Shown here piece by piece: positions 42,996 through 45,528 of a stretch of DNA of 45,528 bases. The position numbers and the translations under genes are program-made. The stretch is taken from contig CALFVE010000080.1 of NCBI GenBank assembly GCA_937928475.1, positions 1-45,528 of the forward strand, written 5' to 3'. This stretch comes from an uncultured bacterium. Lineage in GTDB: Bacteria; Armatimonadota; Zipacnadia; Zipacnadales; Zipacnadaceae. The notes beneath the pieces were generated by a model, which saw only the letters and a list, made by a program, of their open reading frames with translations, was not told where the DNA came from and ran no database searches. Each line of letters begins with the position of its first letter. The stretch's first letter is position 1.

Positions 42996-43868
42996 CTATA
43001 TGCCCTTCTGCAACCTTAGCGCATTCATCGTATTGCGGAGCAGAATGGCGGTGGTGAGCGGGCCGACGCCGCCCGGCACCGGCGTGATCTGGCTGGCTAC
43101 CTCCACGGCCTCCTCGAAGACCACATCGCCCACCATCTTCGTCTTGCCCTCGGCGTCCTTCACGCGGTTCATGCCCACGTCAATGACCACGGCGCCCGGC
43201 TTGATCATGCTGCCCTTGATCAGGCCCGGCACGCCCACCGCCACGATGAGCAAGTCCCCGGTCTTCGTATGTGCTTCCAGCATCCCGGCCTCGCTGGTGC
43301 CGATGTGGCACACGGTGACGGTGGCGAACTGCTCCAAGAGCAGCAGCGCCACCGGCTTGCCCACGATCTCGCTGTGCCCGACCATCACGCACTCCAGGCC
43401 GCGCAGTTTGAGGCCGGAGGCCTTGACCAATTCCATCACCGACTGCGCCGTGCAGGGGGCCATCTCCATGTTCCCGCGCACCACGTTGCCCAAGTTGGCC
43501 GCGTTGACGCCGTCCACGTCCTTCAGAGGATCAATTACCTGCTGGATGTGCCGTGCGTTGAGGTGCGGCGGTACCGGCACCAGGAGGATAATGCCGGTCA
43601 CGCTGGGATCGCGGTTCAGTTCGATGATCTTACCGACCATGTCCCCCTGGGTGACGTCCTCGGGCAGTTCCGCCAGTTCATAGGCGATCCCGACTTCCTG
43701 GGCGGCCTTAGCTTGCATCTTGGCATAGGCCCGCGCACCGGGGTTGTCGCCGGCCATCACTGCCACCAGTTTGGGCCGCTGATCCTCCGGGAGCGCGGCC
43801 ACCGCCTCGGCCACCTCCTGCTTGATTCGCTCTGCAATGGGTCCGCCTTCAAGTAGGGTTGCTGACAT
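42996..43868 (-). CDS. folD: Bifunctional 5,10-methylene-THF dehydrogenase / 5,10-methenyl-THF cyclohydrolase
   Basis: Start at ATG 43868 (GGAGGAGG upstream). LEGGPIAERIKQEV, LVAVMAGDNPGARAYAKMQ, GIILLVPVP, DGVN, CTAQSVMEL, VMVGHSEIVGKP, PVPGGVGPLT. Confidence 0.92.
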   Translation of the reverse strand: MSATLLEGGPIAERIKQEVAEAVAALPEDQRPKLVAVMAGDNPGARAYAKMQAKAAQEVGIAYELAELPEDVTQGDMVGKIIELNRDPSVTGIILLVPVPPHLNARHIQQVIDPLKDVDGVNAANLGNVVRGNMEMAPCTAQSVMELVKASGLKLRGLECVMVGHSEIVGKPVALLLLEQFATVTVCHIGTSEAGMLEAHTKTGDLLIVAVGVPGLIKGSMIKPGAVVIDVGMNRVKDAEGKTKMVGDVVFEEAVEVASQITPVPGGVGPLTTAILLRNTMNALRLQKGI

Positions 43869-44006
43869 GTGGGCCTCCTCCGAGTCTTCCTCAGCGCACA
43901 AGCGACTTGCGCGCCTCTGCGCGCGAGTGCCGCCGGCGCGCGAACTGAGCGACAAGAACCGCTGCACGGGCAAGCCTTCTTCCTCGGCACTCCGGGAAAC
44001 GCGCCC

Positions 44007-44639
44007 CTAGACGGTAGTTATCTTAGCCAACACCGCCTCGGCGACCTCCTTGGCGGTGCGCATTTGCCGCTCGGCCTCCATCATCTGCTCCCGGGCTTCG
44101 GCAATGTAACCTCCGTCGGTGATGCTTGCCAGGTTGACCTCCACGTTGAGTCGTCCGGCCTCGAAAGCCGCCTGGGCCAGGATAGCCGCCACGCCCACGT
44201 CGCTGAGCAGGTTCGGATTGCCTTTCTCGGCCATGGGCGGGAGCAGCTCGGCGATCTCCCCGGCGGCAATTACCACGCCGAGCGGCACCTGCGCCGCGGC
44301 CTTGAGCGCGTCTTGGACAGCGGCCTCGCGCGCCCACTTCTCGGCGTCGGTATTGCGGGGCATCCGGTAGGCCGCGCCCACTTGGGCGTAAGCCTCGGCG
44401 TCGGCATCTGTCAGCTGGAGGCAGCGCTCGCGCAGGGCCTGGAGTTTCTCCAGAAGTTCGGCCACCTCGGCCTCTACCTCGGCGAACTTGGGCTTGCCCA
44501 CGGTAAACGACCCCACCATCGCCGCCGAGGCGGCAGCCAAGGCCCCGACCAGCGCCGCAGCGCTGCCCCCGCCGGGCGTCGGGCCAGGGCCCGCGAGGAG
44601 CTGAGTGTAGCTGCGGACGGATTCTTCAGTCAGCTGCAT
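44007..44639 (-). CDS. Cyclodeaminase/cyclohydrolase family protein (FTCD_C; methenyl-THF cyclohydrolase FchA-like)
   Basis: 210 aa. LAGPGPTPGGGSAAALVGALAAASAAMVGSFTVGK, AYRMPRNTD, NPNLLSDVGVAA are FTCD_C hallmarks. AGGTGAGG SD before ATG 44639. Confidence 0.8.
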   Translation of the reverse strand: MQLTEESVRSYTQLLAGPGPTPGGGSAAALVGALAAASAAMVGSFTVGKPKFAEVEAEVAELLEKLQALRERCLQLTDADAEAYAQVGAAYRMPRNTDAEKWAREAAVQDALKAAAQVPLGVVIAAGEIAELLPPMAEKGNPNLLSDVGVAAILAQAAFEAGRLNVEVNLASITDGGYIAEAREQMMEAERQMRTAKEVAEAVLAKITTV

Positions 44640-44737
44640 GATTAACCTCACCTGCCGTCAGCGTTGTAGAGGGACCCTACCCGCCTCGCAGAGTGGGTGA
44701 GGTCCGCCTGCGCCTGCTAGGTTGAGGGTCGAGACGC

Positions 44738-44782
44738 GGGCGGATATTGTGCTGCGCGGACGCCCGCCAAGATCCGCCCCTA
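44738..44782 (-). repeat. Copy 2 of the conserved ~45-nt hairpin element abutting a TAG stop codon
   Basis: Minus strand: TAG-GGGCGGAT-[26 nt]-ATCCGCCC, a perfect 8-bp stem (44738-45 / 44772-79). See copy 1 at 33605..33649. Confidence 0.7.
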
Positions 44783-45528
44783 CGGGAAACGTCCCGCGAA
44801 CAACGCCTGCGCCTCGTCCACCATCGCCAGCACACTCTCTAGCGGCACATCCTCCTGTATTGCCTGCGCCGGGGCGAGGATATAGCCGCCGCCCCGGCCG
44901 AGCAGCGCCGCGACCTCGCGGACCTCGCGGCGCACCTCGTCGGGCCTGCCGTAGGGGAGCGTCCGCTGCGTGCTGATGCCACCCCAGAAGCAGAGCCGGT
45001 CGCCGAACTCGCGCTTCAGCGCGGCTACCTCCATGCACTCCGGCTGCACCGGGTTGAGCACCTGCACCCCCATCTCCACTACCTCGGGCAGGACAGCGCG
45101 GATATTGCCGCAGGAGTGCAGGAAGGCGTACTTGCCGGCCTCGCGGATCCTGCGGAACAGGCGCGCATGGCGCGGCCCGATATACTTGCGCCACATTTCG
45201 GGTCCCATCAGCAGGCCCTGCTGGCTGCCCCAGTCGCAACCCAGCAGCACCCCGTCCACGTCGGCCGACAGCATCATCTCCAGTATGATCAGGTCGGCGG
45301 TGACGATCCGCTCGAAGAGCGCGTCGCAGTATTCCGGGTGGAGCAGCATGTCCGCGAGCAGATTCTCCATCCCTCGCAGGAACCAGGCCTTCTCGAACAG
45401 CGAAGCATAGAACCGTACCAGCAGGAAAGCGTCGGTGGTCTCGCGCAGGCGCGCGATGGCTTCCGTCAGGTCCGTGAAACTGCCCACGCCCTGCACGTCG
45501 GGCAGCCGCGAGGGGACATCCGGCTCCT
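44780..45528 (-). CDS. Uroporphyrinogen-decarboxylase (URO-D) family methyltransferase (MtaA/CmuA/O-demethylase-type), 5' end outside window
   Basis: The reading frame is open to the window edge (...EPDVPSRLPDVQGVGSF...). The C-terminal two-thirds of the URO-D fold is present: LHSCGNIRAVLPEVVEMGVQVLNPVQPECM, GGISTQRTLPYG, GGGYILAPAQAIQEDVPLE. Confidence 0.8.
   Translation of the reverse strand, partial: EPDVPSRLPDVQGVGSFTDLTEAIARLRETTDAFLLVRFYASLFEKAWFLRGMENLLADMLLHPEYCDALFERIVTADLIILEMMLSADVDGVLLGCDWGSQQGLLMGPEMWRKYIGPRHARLFRRIREAGKYAFLHSCGNIRAVLPEVVEMGVQVLNPVQPECMEVAALKREFGDRLCFWGGISTQRTLPYGRPDEVRREVREVAALLGRGGGYILAPAQAIQEDVPLESVLAMVDEAQALFAGRFP

Noticed and set aside
1-45528. Mobile element, prophage or defence island.
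   Set aside because: No integrase, transposase, recombinase, terminal inverted repeats, tRNA attachment site, restriction-modification, toxin-antitoxin or cas-like ORFs were recognised. Composition looks uniform across the window.

Overview
GC-rich (about two-thirds G+C by eye) bacterial chromosomal segment, densely coding, with no rRNA, tRNA, CRISPR array, transposase, integrase or phage genes that I can support. The window splits into three parts.

(1) nt 1-10455, plus strand: a housekeeping block, xseA - secreted hypothetical - xseB - dxs - sensor histidine kinase - TPR protein - nadK - recN - corA. The xseAB-dxs...nadK-recN order resembles Firmicutes/Terrabacteria-type synteny.

(2) nt 10505-31279: mixed envelope and carbohydrate genes.
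- A minus-strand run of GT39-like glycosyltransferase, metallophosphoesterase, FAH-family hydrolase, GH15 and a 648-aa polytopic membrane protein.
- An orphan GspF/PilC-like protein translationally coupled to a 702-aa secreted protein.
- dinB coupled to a GT-B-like protein.
- DUF169, a hypothetical protein and a DUF4432/mutarotase-like protein.
- A GspE/PilB ATPase followed by a small Cys-rich ORF.
- A protein with colinear but degenerate RtcB-like motifs.

(3) nt 31307-45528, minus strand: the most interesting part, a one-carbon island.
- Methyl-transfer parts: a URO-D-family methyltransferase (cut by the window edge), a 549-aa B12-binding-domain fusion protein and a methyl-THF:corrinoid methyltransferase-like pterin-binding protein.
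- THF oxidation branch: FTCD_C/FchA-like cyclohydrolase, FolD and MetF-type methylene-THF reductase.
- Other members: amidohydrolase, opine-dehydrogenase family protein, hexulose-6-phosphate-synthase/RraA-like fusion, PanE-like reductase, an ASRT (sensory rhodopsin transducer) family protein, a sugar-phosphate isomerase/epimerase and a decayed MDR dehydrogenase.
- The island is interrupted by one antisense FGE/SUMF1-like gene.
- It has long, structured intercistronic spacers. These include a conserved ~45-nt hairpin element present twice and several short heptamer or 12-mer tandem repeats.

All product calls come from motif and family recognition by eye. No searches were run. Start codons were refined from the ORF track using SD spacing and family N-termini and remain uncertain by a few codons.
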